A DNA stretch of 63,985 nucleotides, filler included, from Octopus bimaculoides (taxonomy: Eukaryota), in assembly GCF_001194135.2 (NCBI RefSeq). It is 5 parts of 5 records of this genome, joined end to end, with 100 filler letters (N's around TTAATTAATTAA, not from the genome) between each part and the next. Parts side by side here need not be neighbours in the genome. Positions count along the whole stretch, not along the records: positions 28,955 to 49,004 come from NC_069004.1; positions 49,105 to 61,812 come from NC_068993.1; 3 more parts are not named here. One strand, written 5' to 3'. Every line of letters begins with the position of its first letter. Position 1 is the stretch's first letter. Both the position numbers and the translations under genes were made by a program. The notes under the pieces are model-generated. The model made no database searches. It saw only the letters and a list, made by a program, of their open reading frames with translations, and was not told the origin of the DNA. Shown here in pieces: positions 39,781 to 53,518 of the stretch.

Positions 39781-40992
39781 AGGTCTGCGAACGTTATTAC
39801 GCATATGCATTCGCCCAATACGTGTGCATCCATGCATAGGTTCATATGAATATGCATCTACGTATACAGTCATTAAAATAAGTAAAAAAAAAAATGTAAT
39901 AAAAAAGGTAAAATATAAAAGATATATATACACAATGCCGGATGACGTAGATTCAAATGCCCAACCGTACTTCCTTGCCCTGCGTAGCTCATTGCACTCC
40001 TTGTTAGGCGTACATTTATACGTCTCCATGTTTACACTTGCCCTTATAGATACATATATTACATACATATATTACACAAACGCATACGCACACAGGAACA
40101 CTCATTCAAATGTAAGTTAATAAAGTAAAACTAAGATAAAACAGATAAATCAAATAACAAAAAAACGAAGCAACATTACTTCATTTGGATGTGTGATGAA
40201 TAAATAAATGGTGTAAATGAGATTTATGAGCTACGTTAAATAAGAAGTGATGAATCAAATTATGATAAAGGATAGATGATGGATGGTGATAAAACGTGTT
40301 GAAATAAAATATAATAAAGACAATACGATGATAAAAAAATATTGTGTTGTGGCGTAAAAATATATACTAGAAATCGAATGGAATGCTAAGCTAGAGCATA
40401 TTATGTAGGTGATTTTTAGGTGTGGGAGAACAGACCGAATGAAGCAAGAATTCTTGTCAATTAAGATTAGGGAAGATATCATAAATAGCCAATAGGTTTC
40501 GTTTTTATTCTTTCTTATGGTTTTATCTACTTTTCTTGTCAGTAAATTTATTTACATTCTTTAACATACAATATATATATACATACAGAGAGAGAGAAGT
40601 AATGTTTTGTTTATCGCCACATCAATATAGCTGTTCCAGAGTCACCGACGTTACTACTGTCTTTAACCCCAAATGGAGCCTCCTCCAGCTGGTTATTGAT
40701 GCAATCTGTACTCATTATATATTGCAAGCAGGGGAGCGAACCCTTCCCATTTTCTAGCGGGCGAAGGGATCACTAAACCTTCCGGTTTCGGGTTATTTGT
40801 GCCCATCGGTAGTGGTGAACAGCCGTCCGCTAGAGGTAAGCAATAACTCGCTCCAGCTCGTAGACTCATCCTGGGATCAAAACTATTGTAACATCGATTT
40901 CTATAGAACAACTATATTGATGTTGCGACAAACATTACTTCTCAATAAAGGTACTACTTTCATCTCTTAAAGAGATTTTCCAATTAGTTACC

Positions 40993-41035
<43 letters not shown>

Positions 41036-42593
41036 ATGTGTACATCCATACCTACACATCTACTTGTAAACTTATAAAGCGATAGAGCGGGACGTCGGGA
41101 TGTTTAGAATCTGCTTGCTTCCATTCTCCACGTGAATATTAAACAGTATGTTAGCCATCACTCAGGTTTAACTTCTCACAGCTAAAAATATAGAAACATC
41201 CACTAAAAAATCGATAAACGAAGACATTTAGGAGATAAATCTACTTAATCTTTATTAGAATATTTTATTATCACTAATACATTTACGTAACAGCTACATG
41301 AGAGTTCCAATTGATTTAAGAAAGAGGCTAGTTCAGATAATTTATGGGTGACGTATATTACTTACCTTCAGCTCATCGACTTTTCTAGCCTCCTTGAAAA
41401 ACAAGTACACACTTTATAAGACTCCTAACAGGTAAATTATGATGGCAGTTTGGAGTGTTCAACCTTTTAAGCAAAGCTTTATCGAACTCTGTGTAACTCC
41501 CGTTGCTATAGTGAATAGTAATATAATTATTCCAGTTGTCTCAAGCAGTTAGCGTATTTGAGCACGGAGTAAATGTGATAGGAAGTGATATTCTAAGAAT
41601 GTCTTTGTTAAATGCTGCTGTTTCTTCTTTCTCTCGTTCGTTCGTTCTTTCTGTCTTTGCTTCCATCCTTTGCCTTTTAATTTTGTTTCTTGTCTTTCAA
41701 TCTTGAGTTCGTTCTTGTTTTTTCTGCACTTATGAACCCTCAGCAGTCGGAATAATTTCGTTCTTAGTTCGTTGTGAATAACAACGCTAGTGTTTCAATT
41801 CCAAGTCAAGTGTAGTTTTCTTTTTCTAACTTGAACACAAAAGCTGTTTAGAAAATCACAAAAGCTCAGAATTTCGTTTGTACTCATTTATATATTGATT
41901 GTTTGATCGATTTAAGTGAATAACTTCTAGCAAATACACAAAACCTCGCATTTTTGTGAAGCTGTGGTTAATCAATAATGGATTACAATAGGTGACAAGG
42001 TATTTTGATTATTGTTTCCAGAAAAATGTAGAACAAAGCTGACTCGTTCACAATTCGAACCTAGATTGTATGAAGGATTAAGGATTTGTACGCATCTCTT
42101 TCCAGGCGCACTGAGCAATTATTCAAGCTAAGGGAAGCCATACGAAATATTAACCATGTACAGTAGGTTCTTGAAATGAACATTATATAATAAATTTTCA
42201 TTATAAACATTTTTCTGATTTAAAACACTGTACCGTGATTGGCAAACACTTTAAATTATACTCACAGTGGAACACAATCGAAAACTAATCGGTTTTCAAA
42301 ATTATTTTGTACTCTTGCGATTACTTTGGTAAAGATTTAACATTGTGTAATAGCCTGGATTTCATTTCACAGAAAAGTGCGCATAGCTTGAACTGAAAAT
42401 CTTAGGGAGAACGTACACTTGTTGACCTAGTGAACTGTGAATTTTTATAACATTGTATCACGATAAGTGTGTGTACATACATACATACATACATACATAC
42501 ATACATACATACATACATACATACGTACGTACGTACATACATACATACATCCATACATACGTACGTACATACATACATACATACATACATACA

Positions 42594-42880
42594 TGCGTGG
42601 TAAGAAGCATGCTTTCTAACCACATGCTTCTGAGTTTAGTCCCACTGCGTGGCAAGTGTCTTCTACTATTGGTCCAGGTCGACCAACCCCTTGTCAGTGT
42701 ATATGGTTAATATAAATTGAAAGAAGCCAGTCGTATCTACAAGGGGTTGCTGAAAAGTTCCAGTTTTAAGAGTATCGCGAAAGGCCTGGATGAACACCCA
42801 ACCTTCCGAGTTCTTTTACAGAACTTAGAAAAACCCTTCACAGCGGTGCCCCAGCATGGTCGTCGTCCAAGAACTGACAT
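42594..42880 (+). mobile_element. SINE family B remnant interrupted by a mariner-TIR-like segment (~42738-42830)
   Basis: Head at 42594-42735, then TA|caaggggttgctgaaaagttc, then tail fragment aaccctt..gcggtgccccagcatgg. The mariner assignment is tentative. Confidence 0.6.
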
Positions 42881-45800
42881 GAGTAAATTTTTCTGAAGCA
42901 TTTAATTTTACACAAGATTTATATGTTGTTGACATCATAAGAATTTTAAAAATTAGAGAAAGCATGAAATCTTCCTTTTTGGAAATGAGAAATTAGAAGA
43001 AATTAGAATTACCTTTTACTGATGATATCTGAAAAGAAACAGCAATTTTAGCAATTCATATTAAGCAACACTTTTCAGTGTGTTGTTCCCATTATGACCG
43101 CATTCCAATGAGTGAAAACAAGTAACCGATAAAGGGTATCATAAAATAATCTTAAAAGCTCTGAGGATATCGAAATACTTTGGTTGGTTAATTGTTAAGT
43201 CAGAAACGTGGTTGTATGAGATTAGGACAAACATGAAGTGTTACACCTGATTCTACTTTAAATGAACTCTTGAAATAATATTAATCATTTTGAATACTTC
43301 GACAAAACCAAAAACAGAAATTCCAACACAATTTTCTTTTGGTTTAGGCATTGAGCTTTATTTCTCTTCTATTATTGTTCAAGTGGGTACTGCCAATTTA
43401 GACTAAAATGTAATCGAAATTAAATAGAGTTTGCTTTTAAAAATTATTTGAATAGAAAATACACCACCCTAAAAATTCAGAGAAAATAAAATGAAAAACA
43501 GTATTCAAATGGATTGAAACACCTCTGGTTGTTGGGCGAAACAGTGAATAAAACGATGCAGGTGTTTGGACGTGTATACTCAAGCACTGCATTAATGGAT
43601 ATTGTATCGACACTTTTTGTCTAAGGTATGACATATGACTTTAAACTACGTACAGTAATGAAGCCTGTTTCCGGAGTTTCGGGATTGTGAGGTGCGTGGA
43701 ACCACATCTTAACCCACTATTGTAGAAGTTCTACTCTGATCAGGAATAGTAGCACCTATCAGTGTCTCAGCTATTGGTTAATTAACATGTTACGTGAGAA
43801 GCTCGAAGCATAAACCTTCGCTACCTTGCAAAATGCTTGGAAAATGAAAAGGCTAGGGGAGAGATCCTTGACAGAAAATCAAGGAGTCGAGTACCTCAGG
43901 CAGTCAGGCGTCCCACTTGGCACCCTTCCGGCAGTGGTTCTCCAAGCCTGTCAGGCAATTTACATTGGAGAAGATCACTCCGATGTAAAGCCTACAGATT
44001 TATGGTCACCAATTTCTGCGACTGCAGTTCTTTAGACATGATCATGAAGATAGGTCCCAAAGAATAAATCCTAGTGAGTAAGCCCAGGGTTTCTAGGTCC
44101 ACCTCTGCCCTACACATGTCTTGGAAGCTGTGTATTAAGGAATTACCGTACATTGCAACTAGAATATCTCTGTTTACCATCTTACTGTAGAATAGTGCTC
44201 CATTGTATCTTTTCCCTTTTATCTCAGCTACCAAAATATTTCTGATGAAAGTCATGTAGACATTTGTTATAGAATGTTCAAAAACAGGAGGCAAAAGGAA
44301 GCTGTGTTGCGAAACATAACCAAATTAACTTTCGGCGATTGAAAGTATCGAACAAGTAATTCGTATGGGTTCTCCGTAAATTCACATTCGATACTTAAAC
44401 CTGTTGACACCTAAAATGAAAATAGCTTCATCTCTACTTAAATTATCCTCCTAAGAGACCCTGTATCACTAACTATTGAATTAATTCATGAATCAACGCT
44501 TGAGTCAACGAGTCAATGATATGTTCACAAATCTCAAACTTCCTATTTTAAAGTCATCTAAAACTAAAGCGTCCCATCAAAATTTCACCTGAATTTATGC
44601 TCTAAATACCAGTTTATGTATGACAAGGTAATGTTACAAATTTTTTTGCAATATTTTAAATTAATACAAACAAAGATTGTGTATTTCAACAGAAATATAG
44701 CAATGAAAGGGTTAAAATATACTCATTGTATAACTTTACATTTTAAATTTGTAAAACTGTACTAGAAAGTTATATGATAGATTTAACGTTGAAAAAGTAT
44801 AATTGACTTAATAACGTTTGTAAAAAAAACTTACATTACTGGCTAGTATTAGCCTATTTACTGCTGTTCAATACTTTCTGAATAGACAAATTAGAACGTT
44901 TTAAATCTCAAGGATTTAGATATCTTTGAATAGTACCATAGAAAATAAAAACCTAACCTACTGAAATATATCGGTCTTGTTAAAAATGAATAGAACTACA
45001 AGGTTTTGTTTCATTGAAGCCGTTTCGAATTCTAGACTTAGAAAGATCTTCAACTGAGCCTGCAGCTTTAAATTCCTTGAGAGGCTTCACACGTGTTGGG
45101 GTGGTAGAGAGTGATCAAACTTAAAGTTTGTTTTTTCATGTTCTGAATTGATAGGATTGATGCGTGAGATTGTACATTTTTTAGATCAATGAATATTTTC
45201 TCGCTTGTTGATAATGACATTTTCTTAAAATATAAAAGCTACACACACACACATATATATGCGTGTGTATGTATTTTTATATGCATATATATATATATAT
45301 ATATGTATATACATATACATACATACACACGTATAAGTATGTACACACACATTTATAGCTTCTTATAGAAATTCGTGTCACAAAGATTCACTGATGCAGT
45401 TTCTATATAAAAAAAGCATATCCTCTACAATATGTATTGTTGGGCATATCCATCTCACTCGTTCGACATAAAACAACTTACACACACACACACACACACA
45501 CACANNNNNNNNNNNNNNNNNNNNNNNNNNNNNNNNNNNNNNNNNNNNNNNNNNNNNNNNNNNNNNNNNNNNNNNNNNNNNNNNNNNNNNNNNNNNNNNN
45601 NNNNNNNNNNNNNNNNNNNNNNNNNNNNNNNNNNNNNNNNNNNNNNNNNNNNNNNNNNNNNNNNNNNNNNNNNNNNNNNNNNNNNNNNNNNNNNNNNNNN
45701 NNNNNNNNNNNNNNNNNNNNNNNNNNNNNNNNNNNNNNNNNNNNNNNNNNNNNNNNNNNNNNNNNNNNNNNNNNNNNNNNNNNNNNNNNNNNNNNNNNNN

Positions 45801-45886
45801 NNNNNNNNNNNNNNNNNNNNNNNNNNNNNNNNNNNNNNNNNNNNNNNNNNNNNNNNNNNNNNNNNNNNNNNNNNNNNNNNNNNNNN

Positions 45887-45978
<92 letters not shown>

Positions 45979-48031
45979 GATAGATAGATTGAGTGAGTGA
46001 GTTTTGAAATATGTGTGTATTGTATGTATTTATTCATATGTATATAAATTATATGCATGTAGACATATAAACGTGCTTGTATATGTGTACGTATGTGTAT
46101 GATCCTGTGTGTTTTCATGCTTCCTCTTTTCCTTTGTTTTTTCCCTTTATCGAAATATTAAAAAAAAATCACATGAACTTGAAGTCGCTTAATTTCATGA
46201 CATGGGAGAGAACAAGAGGCGGAAACTCGTGCAACATGTGCTGCAGTGAATGCTGCAGTACATCACGAACAACTAAAATAAGAATACGGAATACGGTTCA
46301 AATGAACGCAAACGTGTTTTAGTCGAAGATGCTAGTTTTATGTGTAAGGATATAACATTTCTTTGTTTGACTAAATTATTATCGTGTTACCAATAATAGC
46401 TTTACTAAATCAGTTGGAATTTGAATAAAATTTGTGAAAAGAATACAACAGTAACCCTTTTGATACTAAACCTGCCTTAGACCGCCCTTAGTTCTACAAT
46501 ACAAACTTCCTGTTTAAAAGTAATCTAAATTAAAATGTTTTCATCAAAATTTCATATTAACCCATTTTATGTCAACTTTCCTTGAACCACATATGGTTCT
46601 GTCATACAAATCTGTTTTAAAGTGATCTGAATTAAAAATTATTCTATCAAATTTTCATCCGTTAGATGATAACCCGCCTAAAACTGGTTTTGGTTCTTGT
46701 TATGTCCCAACGCTAATGATATCTAGCACCTTCGGATGACCTCTATTCAACCGCTACACAACTGCTACTCGACTGATGCTCAACACTCCTACCACGGCCA
46801 GATTACCTCTATTTATATGTCTTGAGAGATTTTACTTCTTCGCCTGGGGACGTCAACACAACAGTTCTATCATACAAGATTCATGTTTTAAAATAATCTA
46901 AATGAAAATCTTCCACCAAAATCTCATGTTAATTTATGTTCCCAACACCAGTGTATTACTGAAAGACATTTACTACTAAATTCCTCGCAAGTTTTAAAAT
47001 TAATTGAAATAAAACCAATGCATTTCAACAGTCGCGGTCTCTCTCTCTGTGTCTATCTGCGTCTCTCTCTTTCTCTGTCTGTCTTCACTTCGACAGTGAG
47101 GGTTCAGAAAGGTGCTATAAGTGTACCTGTCGCAACTTTCCTATCCTATGAAGAATGTGTGATGGTTTTTCGTGCTAGAGTCTTGGTTTGCGGAGCAACC
47201 TAAAGGATGGATATCTTTATCGTAGGCTTGGTTTGTGCAAAGCCAACCCCCACTCCCGCCACCTTCAAACTCGTACTGGTATAGTGCAACAAGTAGCACG
47301 AAGCCAGTAGATATCAGAATGTAGGATTTACATGGAATGATCTTTTCTTAGAGGAGTAGTTAAAAAATCTAACGGGCTTCGTATACCCTGGAGCCGCTGG
47401 AGTGTTCTGAATGGCTTTCTTACGGAGGCAATTCTATGGCATGCTAATTAACACCTTGAAATAACCCCGGAAGCTGCTACAGGCCCGGATCGTAGAATGG
47501 TGATTAAGAGGTGGTTTCGTAACACTTCAAATCTCTGGAACTCCTTAACAAGTGCCTCGCTGACGGGTGCAGATTGAAGTTAAAATTCAATAATAATATG
47601 GAGATAAGTTTCAAATAAAATCACTGTACGGATTTAGTTTGTGCAACTTAGATCTGTATATGACAGAATTAACCTTTGAAAAATTTTCGTGAATTAATTT
47701 ATTACAATTTTAAATACAATTATAGTGGAGGATAGTAATTTTCAACGTGTCCGGTGTCACTACGCATACAAAGTGGTTTTAAAAACATGTTTTACAGATA
47801 ATTTTTTTTTTGTTATTGTTCAAAGAATCACTAAATTGTATTAATTAGAGTTACTTGCACGCCATCGATAGAGCGAGTTTTAATCGAATAAACAGTAGTC
47901 TTTAATTGTCCCCATAAAAGAATCCGAAAACATCATTAAATTTTTGAACCATCATAAACAATTATGATGGCTATTATAATTGACGATGGCAAAATCTTTA
48001 CACTTATATATAAACTCACACACATACATAT

Positions 48032-48076
<45 letters not shown>

Positions 48077-48429
48077 NNNNNNNNNNNNNNNNNNNNNNNN
48101 NNNNNNNNNNNNNNNNNNNNNNNNNNNNNNNNNNNNNNNNNNNNNNNNNNNNNNNNNNNNNNNNNNNNNNNNNNNNNNNNNNNNNNNNNNNNNNNNNNNN
48201 NNNNNNNNNNNNNNNNNNNNNNNNNNNNNNNNNNNNNNNNNNNNNNNNNNNNNNNNNNNNNNNNNNNNNNNNNNNNNNNNNNNNNNNNNNNNNNNNNNNN
48301 NNNNNNNNNNNNNNNNNNNNNNNNNNNNNNNNNNNNNNNNNNNNNNNNNNNNNNNNNNNNNNNNNNNNNNNNNNNNNNNNTATATATATATATATATATG
48401 AGCGTATATATGTTATCTTTCTTTTATCT

Positions 48430-48825
48430 TCTTTTATTTGTTTCTTTTACTTGCCATTAGACTGCAACCATACTGATGCACCGCCTTCAGGGATATTTAC
48501 TTGAATGAATTCACTCCAGTACTGTTTCTCAGCCAGATAATTACTGTATCGGTCACTTAAGTTGAACACCAGTTGTCCAGCGTTAGTGGTGAACGAACAT
48601 AAAAATGACACACACAAACACATACACGTATACAAATACACACATAGATATATAGACATATATAAATATATGATGGACTTTTTTCAGTTTCCGTCTACCA
48701 AATAAACTCATAAGGCTTTGATCGGCTTGAGGCTACAGTTGCCTATGTTTCTACACAGTAGGACTGAACCCGGAACCACGTGGTTGAGAAGCAAGCTTCT
48801 TACCTCACAGCAACGTCTGCGCCTA
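48430..48825 (-). mobile_element. SINE family B, diverged copy
   Basis: Head, central microsatellite and tail recognisable. Confidence 0.8.
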
Positions 48826-48826
48826 C

Positions 48827-48872
<46 letters not shown>

Positions 48873-49375
48873 TGAGTTTATGTGTGTGTCTTTGTGTCTT
48901 TGTGTTTGCGTATATATATGTATATATATATGCATATATGTATATACATGTATGGATATATATGTACATATATGTATATATATGTATATATATATATATA
49001 TATANNNNNNNNNNNNNNNNNNNNNNNNNNNNNNNNNNNNNNNNNNNNTTAATTAATTAANNNNNNNNNNNNNNNNNNNNNNNNNNNNNNNNNNNNNNNN
49101 NNNNATATATATATATATATATATACATACGCACACTCACACACACACATATATATATTCACACGTAGATGCATACATGCATATACATGCACTTATACTT
49201 TGTATTTTTTGTTGTGCTTTTGTTGTGCTTCCTTTTTTCTTATTTTTATCCGTTTCAACTTTCCGTCGCTTCGTGTCTCATATTTCATATATTATTTTTC
49301 AATCCCATTTTGATTTTCCTAAATGTTATGCAGCTATTTATACCGCACACCTAATTCTCAATTCCCTCTCAATAG

Positions 49376-49410
<35 letters not shown>

Positions 49411-50173
49411 ATATATACACGTGTGTGTGTGTGTGTGTGTGTGTGTATGTACGCGTAATATATATCCACATACATACATAAATGCACAAGTACCTTTTTT
49501 TGAAATGAATTGATGTCTAGCGAAGGTCACATATATACATACATATATATATACATACATACATACATACATATATNNNNNNNNNNNNNNNNNNNNNNNN
49601 NNNNNNNNNNNNNNNNNNNNNNNNNNNNNNNNNNNNNNNNNNNNNNNNNNNNNNNNNNNNNNNNNNNNNNNNNNNNNNNNNNNNNNNNNNNNNNNNNNNN
49701 NNNNNNNNNNNNNNNNNNNNNNNNNNNNNNNNNNNNNNNNNNNNNNNNNNNNNNNNNNNNNNNNNNNNNNNNNNNNNNNNNNNNNNNNNNNNNNNNNNNN
49801 NNNNNNNNNNNNNNNNNNNNNNNNNNNNNNNNNNNNNNNNNNNNNNNNNNNNNNNNNNNNNNNNNNNNNNNNNNNNNNNNNNNNNNNNNNNNNNNNNNNN
49901 NNNNNNNNNNNNNNNNNNNNNNNNNNNNNNNNNNNNNNNNNNNNNNNNNNNNNNNNNNNNNNNNNNNNNNNNNNNNNNNNNNNNNNNNNNNNNNNNNNNN
50001 NNNNNNNNNNNNNNNNNNNNNNNNNNNNNNNNNNNNNNNNNNNNNNNNNNNNNNNNNNNNNNNNNNNNNNNNNNNNNNNNNNNNNNNNNNNNNNNNNNNN
50101 NNNNNNNNNNNNNNNNNNNNNNNNNNNNNNNNNNNNNNNNNNNNNNNNNNNNNNNNNNNNNNNNNNNNNNNNN

Positions 50174-50220
<47 letters not shown>

Positions 50221-50795
50221 GTGTATACACTTTTATATGTGCGTGATAATATATGTATATGCATATTTATATAAATGTGTGAGTGCATATATGTTACGTA
50301 TGCACAAATATATACATTTTCACACACATACGTATAATATACACCCCAAATCAGAGGCAGACAGAGATGGCAATATATGAAGGTTATATATATCAATTTT
50401 GTATACGTGAGTATATGTGTTTGTGTGTGTGCGCATGCGTGCTTTCCTTTCAGTATGTTTTTGTATAAAGAATTATTTTACACATGTATTTATGTGTGAG
50501 CTCTTTTGCTTCACACACGCTCCGTTTTAAAGTTTAATTCGGCAGTATGTACCATTGTCTGCGAGTATTCCTGCAATATCGAGGTTATCTCCTCCATTTT
50601 TTTTTTACTTTGTTTATTTTGCTGCTTCGTATATTCCTGCTGCACACGATCATGAAATTATATGAGATTAAAATCTTGTCCTTGCACCAACCAAATACAC
50701 TTAATCACATGCTCCTATACATGTGTGTTGCAGTATATATATATATATATAAACACACAAATTTGTGTACATAAATATATATGTATATATGCATG

Positions 50796-50837
<42 letters not shown>

Positions 50838-50873
50838 TATATGTATTTTACACATGTATACATGCATATATAT

Positions 50874-50906
<33 letters not shown>

Positions 50907-51104
50907 GCCTGCGTATGTGTGCGTGTGTGTTTGTACATATGTATTTATTTCTGAATATGTGTCTGTGTATACCTGTCTGTATACTCAAATTATTCTTCGT
51001 CATTCTTGGCAAACGATTGACAACACAGATGGGGAATGTGTGAGTATATGTTCTATAAATATGAATACATGTGTGTATATATACATTCATGCATATACAG
51101 ACGC

Positions 51105-51135
<31 letters not shown>

Positions 51136-51339
51136 CATATATATATATATACATACATATATGTATATATATATATATATATATATACATGCGTGTATAC
51201 ATATACATATATGACTGTATGTTATTCATACATATATTGATATATATATATACATGTACGTATACATACCCGCGTACGTATATATATTTTTTAGTAAGTG
51301 CAAATGTCATAGTGCGTTATAAATAAATATATGCAATTT

Positions 51340-52239
51340 TCAGTGTGACGCAGCCGCAGAAAATTTCATTCTTTTCTGCTTTTGTCTTTGGTTACAAAAC
51401 CAAACTCGAACTACATTTTTTTTCAAGTCCAACTTTTCTGCAATTTGGGCGATTTTTTCCCCCGAAGGTCTTGGTTGTACGGCAAAGTAGGCTTCAAGCG
51501 ATCGCTTCTCCGGAGCTGCTATAGACGTTCTTTTCCTTTTCTTTTCACCGTGAATAGGCATCACCCCAGTCTCTCCTTCAATTTTCTTCTCTCTTGCCTG
51601 TTTCTCTGCTTCTTCAAGCCATGCCTGTAATACAGGTTTTAACGCAATCATATTGTTGTGACTCAACGTCAACGATTCGAAACGGCAGATAGTACTCTGA
51701 CTGAGTGAACCTACGCCTGGAAGTTTCAGGTTAGCCAGGGCACTGCCTACATCTGCTTGAGTCACTCCGAGTTTGATTCGACGTTGTTTGAAGCGCTCGG
51801 CAAACGCTTCTAATTCTCGTGGGTCGCAGTCGGAATTTCTCATGCTCGAATGATGCACTCCTGGGTGATGAGCCGTTATGGTGTGGTGGGTATTCATGGT
51901 ATTTTGATGAGTACTATACATCGGAGTGTACATCTGATGATTGTGATGGCCATGAGAACTGGCGCTTGGGTGGTGTTCCGGCATACTACCGAACGGCATG
52001 CCGCCGGCGTTGGTTGTGAGTTGGTCCAGCATAGTGTCCGTATTTGGACCAAAACTGTGAAGTGCCGAAGACATTTGACTCCGCGAAGTATTCGCTGTGT
52101 GTCCAGCAAAGTCCGAATGTCCGTATATACTGTCATGTTTCATTATTTGCGGTGATGTGGTTTTCGTGATGTCTACGGCGGCCAGTGCTTCTGCACGAGC
52201 AAGGAGCCCTCCATCGTCAAAACCTCCAAATATGTTGCT
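51340..52239 (-). CDS. POU4: Class IV POU-domain transcription factor (Brn3/unc-86/acj6 orthologue), terminal coding exon (299 aa + stop)
   Basis: Translation has the POU-IV box remnant SNIFGGFDDGGLLARAEALAAVD, a His-rich region, the POU-specific domain DPRELEAFAERFKQRRIKLGVTQADVGSALANLKLPGVGSLSQSTICRFESLTLSHNNMIALKP and the homeodomain KKRKRTSIAAPEKRSLEAYFAVQPRPSGEKIAQIAEKLDLKKNVVRVWFCNQRQKQKRMK, near-identical to vertebrate POU4F proteins. Pyrimidine-rich acceptor ttttcag ends at 52240; the exon starts AGC(Ser) in phase 0; TGA stop at 51340-51342. Confidence 0.98.
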   Translation of the reverse strand, partial: SNIFGGFDDGGLLARAEALAAVDITKTTSPQIMKHDSIYGHSDFAGHTANTSRSQMSSALHSFGPNTDTMLDQLTTNAGGMPFGSMPEHHPSASSHGHHNHQMYTPMYSTHQNTMNTHHTITAHHPGVHHSSMRNSDCDPRELEAFAERFKQRRIKLGVTQADVGSALANLKLPGVGSLSQSTICRFESLTLSHNNMIALKPVLQAWLEEAEKQAREKKIEGETGVMPIHGEKKRKRTSIAAPEKRSLEAYFAVQPRPSGEKIAQIAEKLDLKKNVVRVWFCNQRQKQKRMKFSAAASH

Positions 52240-53295
52240 CTGAAAAATACAAGAAAAAGAATACATTAAGAATTATAATAAAAAATAGAAAGACGAATAA
52301 TCAAGGAAATTACAAAACTCTATAGAATAGAACATAAGAAAATAAAGCAGGGATTTGCAAAAACTCTGCCATGCATTTCGGCTGAGAAAAGTAAAAAAAA
52401 TGTGTTGTACAGGGATTAATGTTAAAGGTAATCTAATCTCAAATGCATTACCGTAGCTTTCTAAATTACTAGCACACACATATGCATATACATACACACG
52501 CATAAGTATGTGCTACACATACAAAAAGAGAGAGAGAGAGGGGAGAGAGAGAGGAAGGAAGGTAGAGATTGGGAAAAGGAGAAAATGAGACTATATTAAC
52601 ATATCAGAAATGTAAAATATTCGATGACTTGAGAAAAAAAGAAACTAAGTAAAAAGAGAAAGCAAAAAGAAAGAGAGAAGAATATAATTGGTTCGTGTTT
52701 TTTTTTTCCTTTACTGCCTTCTTTATTAAGCAATCAACCGCACAATTGTTTCTAACAGTCTCATATAAACAACAGACCTGTTGCATCGTATCTATTTAGA
52801 GTGACATTGGAGTAAATATAAGAATTGGGACATGAGAATATAAATAAACAACTGAATTCCTATTTAAGCTAAATTATAGCATTCTATTTGGCTTGGTTTA
52901 TTATCCACTCTTCTCTAATTGTCATATAAGCATGCCTGAATAAGTCAACGAACACACACACACGCATAATCGTGACATTATGAGGAAGAAAGAGAATTAT
53001 TCATTTTCAAAACTTGTTTATTACAGTATTGTTCTCATTAAATTCGCACTAGATTCCAATCGGACATGTGTTTCTGCTGCGTAAGAGTCCAAATGCATTT
53101 ATCTGCATTTAGTTGGTCAGTTGCAGTTCTATTGATCCAGAGTAGATATTCCTATGCACCTTTGTTTTAGGTTTTATCTACGCAGGTGGCAGAAGCGAAC
53201 TCGGGATTTCAATGTTTGATAGTCCTTCTTAAAGTCTATCATCTAATGCAAATTTATTGAGAATAATATAATGAACAAATTCTGATGATACATAA

Positions 53296-53518
53296 TTCTC
53301 CATTGCCAAGCCAGTCGCCAGATATGAATCCTATTGAACACCTCTGGGGCATAATGGACAGGACACTTCATAAAAAGAACAAGAAAGCATCCTCAAAGCC
53401 AGATCTTTTGAGATTACTGCATGAAACTTGGCAAGAAATTCTCCAACAGAATATTCGCCATCTGATCTGTAGCACACTTTATGGGATCGTTGCATTGAAA
53501 AATGCAAATGTCGACTAA
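53296..53518 (+). mobile_element. Tc1-like transposase C-terminal fragment inside the presumed POU4 intron
   Basis: PSQSPDMNPIEHLWGIMDR..LHETWQEI..NIRHLI motif. Confidence 0.85.

Noticed and set aside
43826-44110. GC-richer island with short ORFs on both strands (similar islands at 22130-22560 and 55084-55290)
   Set aside because: No recognisable motif; most likely old retroelement debris.
46716-46785. Possible C/D snoRNA (ATGATA..GGATGA..CTGA)
   Set aside because: Imperfect C box, no convincing terminal stem and no recognisable guide.
52240-52266. ORF-track N-terminus MYSFSCIFQ of POU4
   Set aside because: It is the polypyrimidine tract and acceptor of the intron; family homology starts at SNIF.
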